From NCBI RefSeq assembly GCF_009914755.1, contig NC_060934.1: a DNA stretch of 64,000 bases; one strand, given 5' to 3'. The notes below the pieces were generated by a model. The model was not told where the DNA came from. It did no database searches and saw nothing but the letters and a program-made list of their open reading frames with translations. The DNA is from the human T2T-CHM13v2.0 reference genome, Homo sapiens. The translations under genes and the position numbers were made by a program. This document shows, one piece after another, positions 49,769 to 64,000 of this stretch. The number at the start of each line of letters is the position of its first letter. Within the stretch, counting starts at the first letter, position 1.

Positions 49769-50315
49769 GGTTTTCTGAAATTAATACTCTATCTTGGAAC
49801 TTTTTATGTATCACTATATATATATAAGTCCATAATATAGGTTTATTTTAATATATTTAATCACTCCCATTCAATGGCACTTAGGTCATTTCTTTATGAT
49901 TAATAATGAAGCAGTGAATATCCTTGTACCTATATATTTGAACACATATATGAAAACTTCTATAGGATAGATCCATAGAAGTGAAGTTGCCTGGTCAAAG
50001 GTAAGGGTATATGCAGTTTGAATTTTATTAGAAAGTGATAAAATGCCTTTCCCAAATGTTTTTCCAATTTGAATTTCCACTGGCAAGGCAGGACAGAGCC
50101 CACTTCCCAGAGCCTTCACCAATATTCAGTATTTTTCTCTAGCTTTATTTTTAATTAATTCACAAGTTAAAAAAGAATATATATATTTTTCTAGATGTAA
50201 GTCCATAAAAGAAGTATGTCTTTTAAATATGTTTTGTATATTTTTGTCCTATTCTGTTACTTGCTTTTAAACTTTATTATATATTTTGGCAAACATTTTA
50301 AATTTTAAAAAAATT

Positions 50316-50588
50316 CTTTTTTGAGAAAGGTCTCACTCTGTCCCCCAGAGTGCAATTATAACTCACTGCAGCCTCTAACTCCTGGGCTCAAGTGATGCTC
50401 TCACTCAGCCTCCCAAGTAGCTGGGACTACAGGTACATGCCACAACACCCGGGTCATTTTTAAAAAAATTTTAAGAAACAAGGTCTTGCTGTATTGCCAG
50501 AGTGACCTTGAAATCTTGGCCTCAAGCAATCCTCGTACCTCAGCTCCCTGAGTTGTTGGGATTACAGGCATGAGCCACTGAGCTTGGC
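50316..50588 (-). mobile_element. AluJ
   Basis: Diverged Alu reverse complement. Confidence 0.85.
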
Positions 50589-52481
50589 AAGCATTTTACA
50601 TTTTTACGACGTCAAATCTGTTCATCTTTTCCCTTGTGAATTTTAGATTTTCTTGTTTGCTTCCTAAGCTTCCTAAGACCTTCTCTACCCCAAGTTTATC
50701 AATTAGCATATTTTTGGTTGCAATTCATGGAGAACTTCATCTCAGTTACTTCAGACAATAAGGAAAAGGCATTACCTCATATTGTCCAAGTTAGGGCAGC
50801 TCTAGGTTTGGTTAATTTGGTGTCTCGATGATATTATCAACAACCCTAGCCTTTTCTGTCCTTCTCTTCATCTTCAGCAAGTTGACTTGTGGTTAGCTCT
50901 ACTTATGGAAGCTAACCAAGTGGCTGCTCCAGTTGAAGGCATACTGGTCAGACACACAATATGCAGCGTAGTGTCTCACATTGAGAGCCTTCTCCAATCT
51001 CTCTCCTGCCCTGCAGCAGATTTCCCCTGATATTTCATTGACTAGAATTATTTTGCATGATAATGCCTAAGCCATTCATTGGCAAGAATGAAATGGCTGC
51101 AAATAGCTGCACTAATCAGTTTACCTCAAAAACACATGGAAAATGATTGAGCAATTGAACAAAACTGGTGTTCTGCCAACAAAGAAAAATGATCCTTTAA
51201 GGGCAATGAATAGTGTCTGACAGACCAAAATTATAAAGACTTCCTTTTATATATCCTTATGGTATATATTATATATGTATTTGTGTATGTGTATACATAT
51301 GGATTTGTGAGTATATATGTGTGTGTCAAAGGGCATGTGTGTATATTATTTCTAGCCTTTTCTATCTAGAGTTTATATCTGTGTCTCAGCTAAGACTGGG
51401 CTCCAACTCCACTCTTTCTCCCAAAAGAGCAGCCTAATATCCAAATACCATCATTTATTTCCCTATTGATTTAAAATACTAACTTTATCCTATACCAGCT
51501 GCACATATTTATTAATATATAGGTTTGCTTGAGGACTGTCTGTTCCTCATATGACATATTTGTCTAGTTCCGTACTGTTTCATTACCATATTTAATTATT
51601 AAATTATATGTCATAGCACAAGTGCCTCCTTGTTGTTCTTTTCTAGAATGTTTTTGGATACCCCACAGATTTTATCTTCTACATGAACCTTAGAATTAGC
51701 TTGTCACCTTCTATTTTTAAAACCCTGTTACCATCTTTATTGTGATTGTGTTGTACTGTTACATTAATTTTGAAAGAAATTTGATCCTCATAAAAATTGG
51801 GTTTCCTCTTCCAGGAATATAGTTTGTTTTCCTATGTTTAGGTCTTCTTGTATGTCTTCCAGTGAAAGTTTATATCAATTGACTCTAGTCTTGAAGTTCC
51901 CACAAATTACCTCCAACTGTGACAGACGTCTCCTTTATGTGTTTTAGGGCCTAGTTTCCTCCAGTTCTATTGCTCTATGGATGTTACTCTGTTTTATACC
52001 TTCTGCAGTATATCTTGTTCTCTTGATTTTATTCTTCTTGTTTTCCTACATTATGCACTTATCCATAAAGATAGTTATCAATATATGTATATAGATATGA
52101 ATGTGGATAAAGACAGACATATATTTTTTCTGTAACTATGGGATTTTAGGTGAAAGATAAGATTGATACCTGTGCTCAATATGCCTTCTTGATCTAATGG
52201 CATTTCTTTATATCAATTGATGAATTGATTGTCTAGTAATGTTCAAGATACTAGATGTTATTAGATACTAAATTGATGTTTATTGCCTACATAGATATTG
52301 AGGCCTTTCTCAGTTCCTCCCCAAGGTGCTTATATAAAATATATTGTGGAAGATAAGCCAATAATACACACAAAGTTATACATTTGTTCTGCTGCTGCAC
52401 ACACCTTGACCTACAGGTGAACTGGATCAATGGTAACAGGCAGATAAAATATACCGAAGAGCTCTTTTTTTTTTGTTATAG

Positions 52482-52579
52482 CTGAAAGCACTGACAGATG
52501 CTACCAAATTGTCAAATGAAAATTCAGAAATTAACCAGCTGACCAGAAAATCTTTACAAGATTATTATTGGCAAATAAG
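52482..52579 (+). CDS. CC2D2B: CC2D2B coding exon: LKALTDATKLSNENSEINQLTRKSLQDYYWQI(S)
   Basis: Acceptor tttttgttatag|, donor AG|gtaggt. 98 nt, phase 2. Confidence 0.88.
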
Positions 52580-53739
52580 GTAGGTTTTGAGCCATTCATG
52601 TTCATCAAGCATTCATTAAGTAACTTCTTTAGACAAAGTACTGCACTTGCTATGGAAGATAAAGAAAAGTACACAATCCTTACTTTTTAGGCGATTACAG
52701 AAATGGTTTCAATCTTTTTTAAGACCCACGTTTGTGTAAAAATATTTCACAGGGGTGCCATGTGAAAATAGTTCTAGTTTTAACATCCATTGATTTGTTT
52801 TAAAAAGTTGAAGTACTATGAGTTCATGAGTACTTTGAAATTGACTTGGATTATATTGATCTGAAGTGTTAGTATATATTTGAGAATTAGTGCACATTTA
52901 CACATGTGCAAGATATATTATTATTTCAGTCTAAAGACAATATTTCACAAGTAGTGAATTTAAGGACCCCTGTAAAAAGCATGGTCTACAAGTTGGGAGC
53001 CATTGGCTTATAGACTGGAAAGCGAAGTTATGAAAGTATGAAATAACTGGGAAAGTAATTCCAAGACAAAACATATTCATGTGTCACAGAATCTCTAAAA
53101 GCAGGAAAATTCACTGGAAGGTATTCATAATCAGAAGACAGCCTTCATTCAGACTTCTGACATGAGTTTATACAACTTATTTAGCCTAAAATCTATCTCA
53201 GATTTAGAATTTAACTTAAAGTAGTCCCAGATTGGCATTGGCACCAAACAACAGGCAAAGCAAATACATATTTTTTTCTGAAAGAGCACAATTTTAATCC
53301 TAGCTCAGAGATTATTCAAAGATATAACATTTTAAGGAACATGAGCTTACAGTTTACAACCTCTTCTATCACACACACACAAAGACAGCATGAATAAGAG
53401 CCAGTAGAAATAATAGAAGGCTCATACAAGCAAAAGCTTAAGAAAATAGAATTATCAAATATAGAAAATAATATAACTTTTTAAAATATGATTTAAAAAT
53501 AAAAGACAAGCTTGAAAATATGATCTACAAACAAGATATAGTAAATAATTGAGTACTTCTTGAGCTATTTTTATATAAGAAGAACCAAAGAGAATTTATA
53601 GAATTGAAAAATATAAAATGAAAATTAAAAAATTCAGTGGAAGGAGTTTCTAGGAAGATGGAAGAAGAAGAAGCACTAGGAATTAATCTGCCCACCCAGA
53701 CAACAGTTGTACTAGCAGAGAACCTGTCTGATGTAACTG

Positions 53740-54063
53740 CAGTTGTCCCTCAGTATCTGCAAGGGATTGGTTCCAGAACCTCCTACACATACCAAAATTC
53801 ATGGATGTTCAAGTCCCTTGTATAAAATGACATAGTATTTGCATATAACTTATGCACATCCTCTCATATACTTTAAATCGCTTCTAGATTATTTATAATA
53901 CCCACTACAATGTAAATGCTATGTGCATAGTTGTTCTACTGTATTTGTTTATTCACATTATTTTTTACTCTTGTATTGTTATTTTTATTGGCTTTTTAAA
54001 AAATGTTTTAAATCTGAGATTGGTTAATCTATAGATGCAGAACTCATGGATATGAAAAGCCTA
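53740..54063 (+). mobile_element. MER2 (Tigger-type DNA transposon)
   Basis: cagttgtccctcagtatc...gattggttccag...tatttgcatataac matches MER2. Confidence 0.8.
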
Positions 54064-54640
54064 TATTTTGGAACTCTGGAGTCTATTGAAGGCTTGCAGC
54101 ATCCAGAGGAAGGCTTGGGTGGTAAATTGGGGTTAATTTTGGTCAATGTCAGCTCTTAGCACAGTAGCAGCTATCCCCCCACCCCTGCCCCTCAGCCCCA
54201 TGGCAGGCAGCTGTGTACCTGTTCCTGGAGTAATCCACACACATTTTTCAGGAGCCCAAGGTAAGCAAAAAGGACCTTATCCTACAAATATTGAGGACCT
54301 GTGCTCTGATCACTGCTTACTTCTAACCACAGAGGTGCAATGAGAAGGGGACCATTATTGTTGTACTTTTCCCCATTGTTGCAAGCCCCTCTATCTCTGG
54401 ATGAAGTGACTTCCAGAGGATTTAAAAGGCTGGTGCCCCTTCCCCTCCCCTTCATTGTTTCTTTTTCCTCTTTTGGGAGCCAGATATTAAAGACTACGAC
54501 ATTTAAAAGCAACTGCATATACAGGGAAAATTAGAAAGTGACCACACATACCCAGGGAAAGGCATCAACTCAGAAAAGACTGGAGAGGACCTTATGTTTA
54601 TACCTCAGCCTGATCCTGGGCACAGAGACAGCTGACAATG

Positions 54641-54946
<306 letters not shown>

Positions 54947-55258
54947 ATGATTTAAAAAAAAAAAAATAACAATAACAAAAAACAGCAAGCCCTGGGAAAG
55001 GAGGACAATGTGATTTCTAGAGTTACCACATTATTAGATTCAAATGTCCAGTTTTCAACAACAAAAAAACACAAAGGTGTACAAAGAAACAGGAAAGTAT
55101 GGCCAACTCAAAGGAAAAGAATAAATCAACAGAAACTATGCCAAAAAAAAAAACCTACTAGATAAAGACCTACTCAATGGCAGATCTACCAGATAAAGAC
55201 TTGAAAACAACTGTCATAAAGATGCTCAAAGAACTAAAGAAAGATGTCAAGAAAGTCA

Positions 55259-55608
<350 letters not shown>

Positions 55609-56332
55609 TAAACCACATATAAACAAAATGGAAGTAACAATAAAGAGAAAATTGAAAAAGAGAATGAAGCTGAAAAGTATAATTGAAATGAAAAAGTCAC
55701 TAGAGAGATTCAAAGGCAGATTACAGCAGGCAGAAGAAAGAATTAGTGATCTTGTAGATAGGACAATGTAAATCATTGAATTTGAGCAACAGAAAGAAAA
55801 AAATATTGAAGAAACACAAACAGAGCCTAAGAGACCTGTGGAACACCATTAAGTGGACCAACATATTCAGTGGAGGAGATTCAAAAGGAGAAGATAGAGA
55901 GAAAGAAAAGAAATTAGGATAAAGGGTAAGAGGAATGAAATAACAAAGAGATAAACAGAAATTAATAATAAAACCATAATAGAGAAAATCAGTACACTCA
56001 AAAGTTGGATAAAAATTGATAAACTCTGGGAAAGCTGATCAAGTGGAAAAAGTGAGACAGCACAAATATACAATGTCAGGAAAGGAAAAGGAACATTACT
56101 ATAGATGCTGTATATTTTAAATAACTTTATGCTAAAGAATGTAAACATTTATATGGAAAAGACAAATCTACACAAAATACAACTAATCAAACATATTCAA
56201 GAAGTGAAAGACAAGAAAAAAAACCTTAAGTAATTCAATAATTGTTAAAGAAATCAAACCATTAATTTGAAACCTTTCTGCAAAGAAAACTCCAGGCTCA
56301 GATGACTAGAGTACTTTCTAGAACGTTTAAAG

Positions 56333-56515
56333 CAGTGGGTCTCAAAGTATGGTCCCCAGACCAGCATCATCACCTTCACCTGGGAGTTTGTTAGAAATGC
56401 ACATTATCAGGTCTACCACAGACCACTGAATCGGGAACTCTACAGGTAGGGCCTGGTAATCTGTGTTTAGCAAGCCCTCCAGGTGATTCTGATGCACAAA
56501 AAAGTTTCACAACCT
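56333..56515. mobile_element. MER5A hAT MITE
   Basis: cagtgggtctcaaagt...cacctgggagtttgttagaaatgc...gccctccaggtgattctgatgc. Confidence 0.82.
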
Positions 56516-57599
56516 CTTATTTAATGATAACTACTATTCTTCACAAACTCTTTCAAATAAAAGAAAAAGAGGCTACATTTTCAGCTCGTTTAATGAGGTT
56601 ACAGTATCCTTGAAATTAAAACCTGGCAACTGTATCAAAATATTGCAACTGAATTTCACTCATGAGCATAGATACTAATGTACTAAACAGAATTTTATCA
56701 AATAATACATTATAACCAAATTTGGTTATTCCATACATTATAACCAAATTTGGATTATTCCAATTTGGAATAATCCAAGGAATGCAAGGATGGTTCAACA
56801 TTAGAAATTAATTAGTGTAACTTAACATACTAATACAATGTGTTGATTAGTGTAATTTAACATACTAATATAATGTGTTTGCAAAGTTATGAAACACAGA
56901 AGAAACTTTTTTAAAACAGTATGTTACTTCAGTATTCTAAAAATATGATTATTAGCCTATTAGGCAAAGTACCTCTAAATTTGAAGCAATATTCTAATTG
57001 TTAACCTGAAAAAAGTGTAATAAATACATTATACAATTTCCAGAAAATCTGGAAATATATGGAGAATAGTGTATTTATTTTATTATTTTCTGATTAATAA
57101 TTTGATCCATTGCTTTCAGTTTAGAGGTACTTCATTCAAATAGGTGTCAGGAGGTTGAAGAAAAATTGAGCATGTGAAGACCCAGAACACTTAAGCAGTT
57201 TTCTTAAGTAAGTTGGAGAACCACAGTTAACACTGGGCTTGTCTGACTCCAAGTATCTTGCTATCCTTTCTACTGCATCACACTTCTTATGGCATTTACT
57301 CAAAATGACCACACTCCTTTAAGTATTCTTGTTTCACACTTCAGCTATGTGAGTGGATTGGGAGGTAATGGAGGCTTACAAAAAATGTTGGTAACATTTA
57401 CAATATACACCTGTTATCCTGAAGTACCCTGAACCTTGAAATCACACAGGGAAAGAGACATTGAATGACTTATTACAAGTGTGATGAATATTTAAAAGGA
57501 AAAGCATGAAGAGATATAAGAAAATTTAATTTTGTTGTGGGGGTTTTCAAGCAAGGCTGTACTGAGGAAGTGATATAAACTGAGTTTTGAAATACATAT

Positions 57600-57893
57600 T
57601 TTCTTTTTTTTGAGACAAGGTCTCCCTCTGTTGCCTGGCCTGGAGCTCAGTGGCACAATCACGGCTCACTGCAGTCTCAACCTTCTAGTCTCAAGTGGTC
57701 CTCCCACCTCAGTCTCCTGAGTAGCTGGGACTACAAGTGTGCACCATCATGCCTGGCTAGTTTTTGTAACTTTTCTAGAGACAGGGTTTCACCATGTTGC
57801 CCAGGCTGGTCTTCAACTTCTGGGGTCAAGTGATCCACCCCACCTTGGCCTCTAAAATGCTGAGATTATAGGCATGCACCACCATGCTCAGCC
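57600..57893 (-). mobile_element. AluJ
   Basis: TSD ttgaaat(a/g)catattttc. Confidence 0.9.
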
Positions 57894-58326
57894 TTGAAAT
57901 GCATATTTTCTATCTTCATGCACTTTAAGTAAGAATCCCTCCCCAGCACTTTCTTAGAGTGACTCAAACTCTATGGTGCTAGGCTACCACCATCCTTTCC
58001 CATCAAGACCTCTTGAGATTTTGGCATCCTTAATCTAAGCCAATCCCTCACCAGTGGCTTTGGAACCGTCCAAATAGAACTTAGGTGGCAAAATAAAAGT
58101 TGTGGGAGCATCATACTGCACCAAAGTATTGGAAGGGACATGCAGCAGCTGGTTTGCATCTTCTTTTTTGTAAATAGTGAAGTGCCAACCAGAAATTAAC
58201 TAAATCCTGAATAGATAGCAAGCACAATTATCAAAACGTAGGGGCTTTCCACTCCCTTTCTTTTATTGCTCCTTTCTTCCACCATTGCTCTTCTCTCTTT
58301 GGTACTTCAGAATCTTGTAGCGTTCT

Positions 58327-58671
<345 letters not shown>

Positions 58672-58909
58672 TTAGCAGGGCACTTTTGAATAGTGAAAAG
58701 CCATTAAGTCATAAAGGAACAAATTTCTAATGGAATTGCAGTGGGTAACATAAAATATAGTAAGATGGCGTTCAGATGTGTATAAAATGAAAAGAATAAG
58801 GTGGGGAGGGAGTTCAGAAGAGTTATTGCAATACATTCTTCCATGCCACTTTTGAAGGCTTTTAGTTCTAATCCACTGACAAATTTTTGCTCTGCCATTT
58901 TTGTTGTAG

Positions 58910-59050
58910 TAATACAAAACAGATGTATGACTTAGAAAGGGGAAAGGACCTCTCCCTACTACACAGTATATTACGAACTTGGAAACAGATTAAATCTCTT
59001 CGACATGGGCAAGGGTTTACAAGCACCCCAATAAAGTTACAGGTTCAGAG
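58910..59050 (+). CDS. CC2D2B: CC2D2B coding exon: NTKQMYDLERGKD...GFTSTPIKLQVQ(R)
   Basis: Acceptor ttgttgtag|, donor AG|gtaagt. 141 nt, open in the expected phase. Confidence 0.9.
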
Positions 59051-59164
59051 GTAAGTGGCTGCTCTATTTGCTCTTATTGGTCTCCTGAGGAACTTCTCAT
59101 GAATAACTGGAAATTCACAGTGACTAGGAAGACATCCAGAAGCTAGGCAACTATTCCATGTAGT

Positions 59165-59590
59165 CAACAAAGAATTTGTATCTTAAATACATAAACATAT
59201 ATATATATATATGCATATATATGTTGAATATATAAAGTGGAATTCTTACAACTTAAGAAAACCCAATTAAACATGGGGAAATGATTTGAACAGACACTTC
59301 ACTCAAGAATGTGTATGGATGGGAAATGAACACATGAAAAGATGCTCAATATTGTCATGTCATTCTCTATTGATTTGTCAATAGAGAAATGCAAATTAAA
59401 ACCAGAAAGAAACAGTGCTACACACCTATTAGAATGGCTAAAATCCAAAACTAAAGGAAAGAAAAGACAAGACATTAACAAATGCTGGAAAGGATGCTGA
59501 GCAATAGAAACTTATTCATTGCTGATGGGAATGCAAAATGGTACAGCCACTTTGGAAACAGTTTGGCACATTCTTATAAAGTTAAATGTG
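59165..59590 (+). mobile_element. Old L1M ORF2-end fragment
   Basis: aaatgcaaattaaaacca...cacacctattagaatggcta motifs. Confidence 0.7.
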
Positions 59591-61849
59591 GAGCCAGCAA
59601 TCATACTTTAGATGAAACGCATTTTAGATTATTTGATAAAATCATAAAACCATGTCTTATGGAGGAAATAATTCAAACCCAAACACTTAAGCTGTTTGTG
59701 AACTCACAGGGAAATAACTAATTTTCTCCCCACAACCCATTGTCCTGGGTCTTTTGGTTTTCAAAAGTATGAAAGGTTAGTATAATTTCAGGCAAATAAG
59801 AAAAATGTTTATTTTGTTGATTTTTTTTTCCTGCTGCAGTAGTTTTTTTTTTTTTTTTTTTAACAAAAGTGCTCTGGACGGTTTCTAAACCTAAACCCAG
59901 CATTGAACTTTATCTTAGACTCCTAAATTAATGTAAATGTAATGACTTGCTTCTAATCCTTTAAACCAACCTCACACACCCATGCATCATGAATCCCTGA
60001 GCAACAAAGAGGAGACACAGATGTCGTAGGGTTACCCAGAACAATGGCTCTGGACCCATATTGCCTGCTCACCACTAACTCTTGTTGCCACTATTCTGAA
60101 CTCCAGCCCCACCTGAGGCCCTTTGTGTTTGTTCTTCCTGACATTCAACTTTTCCAGCTGACTTTGGCTTCAATTTGTCTCTCCAGACTGCCTCTCAGCT
60201 AAATACCACACTGTCAGTCACCAGGCTGGCCCCAGCTGGGGTAGCCCCAGTGACCCTAAATTGGGGCATTTAGTTTAAGCAGTTAAAAATATCATTCTGA
60301 TCAATTGGAGAAGCTATCTGTTTGAAGATGTTCCTCGGAACTGTTTCCTGGCCAACTTTACCACTATTGACCTCACAACATACCTGGTCCTTGTGAGCCC
60401 TAACTGAATAAACTTGTAGCTAGGCTTCCTGGAAAGATAGTACTCATGATAAGAAGGCCTGGTACCTAGACACTGAGCTCAGGTTATCATTTCGTCATGT
60501 ATTTGGTTTGGGGCATGTTGAAGTTGATATGCCTTTGAGATATCTCTAAATAAGGTAATTGAGTGGGCAGCTACGTGCATGGTCTGTGACACAGTAAATA
60601 AGCATAATTGAAGCCATGGGTGTGCATGAAACTGCCTAGGGAGAAGGCAGAGAATAAGATGAGGAGAGACCCCAAGCACTGAGTCTTGAGAAATTGCTTT
60701 GAATGGCATGGTAGAGGAGGAGAAACCAGAGGAGGGACAGAGAAGCACCCGTTAGAGTATTTTGCCCCAGAGGCAAGGAAACAGGAGTATTTTAAGTAGA
60801 AGGAAGTGGTTAGCAGTTATTATCAGTGAAGTTCACTACTAAAAATGTTCACTGGATTTCCTGACATGGAGGTTATTGATAATCTCAGCTAGAGCAAGTT
60901 TTATAAAGTTACAGCGGCAGAAATGAGGTAACAGGAAGTTGAGGAGATAGCCCTGTCTTCTCGTTCAGGTGGCAAACTCTCCTTGTTAACTGTTAGCAAC
61001 ACTGCATTCAGCTTAGAGAGACTGGGTGGGTCAGTCGCTATACATGATAGATTGTATTTTCTTCTGCCCCTGAACCCAAACTACAGCACTGGCAAATAAC
61101 ACAGAGAATCCAGATTTCTTATATTGTCTTCACTTGTGCTCTCTGTTTGGCACTGCCTACCTGGAGAAGATTCAGATAACTGCCAAAGAAACTTAAAATG
61201 AGAAAGAAAGTGCAAGCTATGTAAGCAGGAAATGCAACAACATTTGATAAAATAGCATCAGGACCTTCATCATTTCCCAGAGTCATTTGGCTCAGAATAG
61301 AAAGGAGGAAGCTATAGACCCTGCTTCAATAGTTTCCCTCAGAAGAAAATCTGGGTATAACACCTATTGTCTAAGTTACTCGTAACACTTATTCCCCAAA
61401 TTATTATAGATTGAAATCAGTTAGGAATTTCTAAAAATGACTGTTCTAATTTAATTAGTATGGGGTATGGTCTGGACATCATGAGTTTTAAAATGCTTCC
61501 CTGGTGATTTTAATATGTAACAAAGGTTAAAAGCCATTGTATTAAAGAACAGCAAGTTTACTGATGTCATATTGATTGCCCTGAATCCGAAGAAAATAAT
61601 AATAATATTTATTAAGTGTTTGTTTTACTCCAAGTCCTGGGCTGAGCACTTTACTTAAATTAGTGCATTTAATCCTCACAACAACCTAATTTTCAGATGA
61701 GAAAAGTGAGGCATAGAGTTCTTAAGGAATTTACCCAGATTCTGCAGTGCCATTAATGGGGCTGGGTTTTCAGCCCAAGATACTACCATATAGATAATAT
61801 CTGCACTTAGTCCCCTATATTCTATTTCAGAAGGCAAAAAGCATATAAT

Positions 61850-62180
61850 AGCTTTTAAACAGCTCTCTTGAGATATAATTCACATACCATATGGTTCACC
61901 CATTCAAAGTCTCCAGTTCAGTGGTTTTTAATAAATTCCCAGAATTGTGCAACAATCACCGCAATTTAATCTTAGGATGTTTTTGTCACCTCCTAAAGAA
62001 ACCATCTTCCCATTAGCAGTCACTCCTCACATATGCAGACATAGGCTTTTCTTTCTTTTGGGTATATGAGTGGAATTGCTGGGTCATATGGTAACTCTGT
62101 AGTTAACATTTTTGAGGAACTGCCAGACTGTTTGCCAAAACAGCTGCACCATTTTACATTCCCAACAGAGCATGTAATAT
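61850..62180 (-). mobile_element. L1MB/ME 3' fragment
   Basis: ttgagatataattcacataccat...ggaattgctgggtcatatgg. Confidence 0.65.
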
Positions 62181-62861
62181 TTTACCAAAGGATTTCCTTC
62201 TTAAATGATTAAAATGGAAAACAAAACCTTATACTGAAAACAAGAAATTTTTACACTATCAGAAAAACTTGACTCCTACATCAATAATTTTCTGACACTG
62301 TTCAGATAACTGAGATTTTATTGAACTACTAATAAAAGAGGAATAATAGTACTTACTTCATAGGGTTGTGATAATTAAATCAGTCAATACGTGTAAAGTA
62401 CTTACACTATTGCCTGGCACATACTTAGTAAGTACTATATAAGGATTAGCTAGTAGTAGTAGTAATAGTAGTAGTAGTAGCAGCAGCAGTGGCAATAGTG
62501 CTAATGCCATGAATTGTTTACTGTTTATGCATAAACACCAACTATGATTTACTACTTAATATCACCATGATCACCTGCCCTTATACCTGCTCAGGTTCTC
62601 ACAGCTTAAAAAATATGAGAGAAAGAAAAATGAGAGGAAACAGGGTATGTGTCCTTGAATATTTATCTCCCCATTCCCCTGTTACTTATTCTCACCAGAG
62701 GAAAGGTTTCTTGATGCCCTTAGAAAGGGCTGTAAACACTAATGGTAAATTTACTGAGTAGGGAGAAATATCTGAAAGCCGAGAACAAGCTTATAAAGTT
62801 TTTTAAATATTTATCAAATTGGTAATTTCCTTAGAATGTAAAATTACTTGTAAGAGATTGG

Positions 62862-62864
<3 letters not shown>

Positions 62865-62906
<42 letters not shown>
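62865..62906. repeat. (TG)n microsatellite
   Basis: About 21 uninterrupted TG units, ~75 nt upstream of the 62981 acceptor. Confidence 0.95.
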
Positions 62907-62908
<2 letters not shown>

Positions 62909-62980
62909 GGCAAAATCTCGAACAACTCTCAAATACCTCCATTATTTCTGCTTTCAATAATTCTGTTTATTATTAATTAG

Positions 62981-63083
62981 GATTAAAATGAATAAATGTG
63001 ATGAACAAGAGCAAATCTCAGAAATGTCTGAAACTGAGAAGAAAAATGAAGGAAAAGAACTTAAGAATGGGAAAAAACTGGAG
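62981..63083 (+). CDS. CC2D2B: CC2D2B coding exon: IKMNKCDEQEQISEMSETEKKNEGKELKNGKKLE
   Basis: Acceptor tattaattag|, donor GAG|gtattt. 103 nt, restores phase 0. Confidence 0.85.
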
Positions 63084-63274
63084 GTATTTATATTGCAAAA
63101 TAACATTAAACTCAACTAGTTATAATATTTTATTTTTTGATAGAATGTGAAATCTTGGTATTTCTAAAAGTTATCCAACAAACTGACAAATACAAGAAAT
63201 AAATGAATTTTAAGAATAAATGTCCTACACAGGGATGTACATGGCAAATCATATATTTATTTTTTGATTTCTAG

Positions 63275-63387
63275 AGCCTCTCATATCTAGCTTCAGACGA
63301 AACAGAAATTGAAAGAATAAAGCCAATTACCTTGAGGCCACAACTTTCTTTCACTGCAGAATTAACAAGCTTATCCAAGTGTTCCTT
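63275..63387 (+). CDS. CC2D2B: CC2D2B coding exon: SLSYLASDETEIERIKPITLRPQLSFTAELTSLSKCS(L); gene continues beyond window
   Basis: Acceptor gatttctag|, donor TT|gtaagc. 113 nt, open frame. Confidence 0.85.
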
Positions 63388-64000
63388 GTAAGCATGTTTA
63401 AATAATTATTTATTTATTATATATTGTCTATTAATTGGATTGTTTTTAATAATAAAGTGGGATTTCTTGGGTGAGTACCATATGCCAGGCACTCTAAGTT
63501 TTTAAAAACACATTTTCATATTTAATTGTCACCATAACTCTATAGAGTTCCATATTATCCTCATCTTAAAGAAGGAATGTAGCTCATGGGAAGTTAAATT
63601 GCCCAGGTTCACACATCTAATACATGCCTGAGGTGGGACATAAACCAGTTTGGTGTTCTATAGAAACTGTGATATCTTCACTGCTAGTCTTCATATATTG
63701 ATAATTTGCAGGGTTTTTTTGTTTTGTTTTGCTATGTTAGTAATTTTCGTTCAGGTATAAATAGGTGAGATATAAAGGCACTGTAAAAAGTAATATACCA
63801 TTGTCTTTGCTTGTTAAAGGAACTCTGGCTCTCATAAAAACTATTTCACATCAAGAGGGCCCCCTAAACAATTTTCTTCTTTGACATTACAAACTTCTTT
63901 ACTTCACAGTTGTGATTTCTTCCTTGAGCTGTAATGTTTTCTCTCTATGCCTAGAACATTATGCAAAAACAGACATCATAGGTAACCCCATTTCTCCATC

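Overview
Human genomic DNA: it carries Alu, L1PA, THE1 and MST repeats and an L1 with the human-specific pre-Ta diagnostics. The window holds the 5' part of CC2D2B (a CC2D2A/MKS6 paralogue; this 5' portion was formerly annotated C10orf131; chr10q24, from recall). The gene is on the + strand. It has a CpG-island promoter (~4570-5390), a putative non-coding exon 1 and 13 coding exons (8413-63387) that I spliced by hand into one open frame of ~488 codons continuing past the window end. Most of the rest is transposon-derived, and nearly all ORFs in the supplied track are Alu/L1/LTR artefacts. I found no convincing new gene or biological system. The best leads are regulatory: an exon-junction-spanning uORF, a candidate 42-nt stop-containing cassette exon, an intronic polyadenylation short isoform, a GC-AG mini-intron, and two TE-derived candidate alternative promoters (a sense THE1 LTR and an L1PA antisense promoter). 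There are also several clear retrotransposition fossils: a pre-Ta L1HS, a twin-primed L1, a tailless U2 retrocopy and reused target sites. Repeat subfamily names are by eye and approximate.
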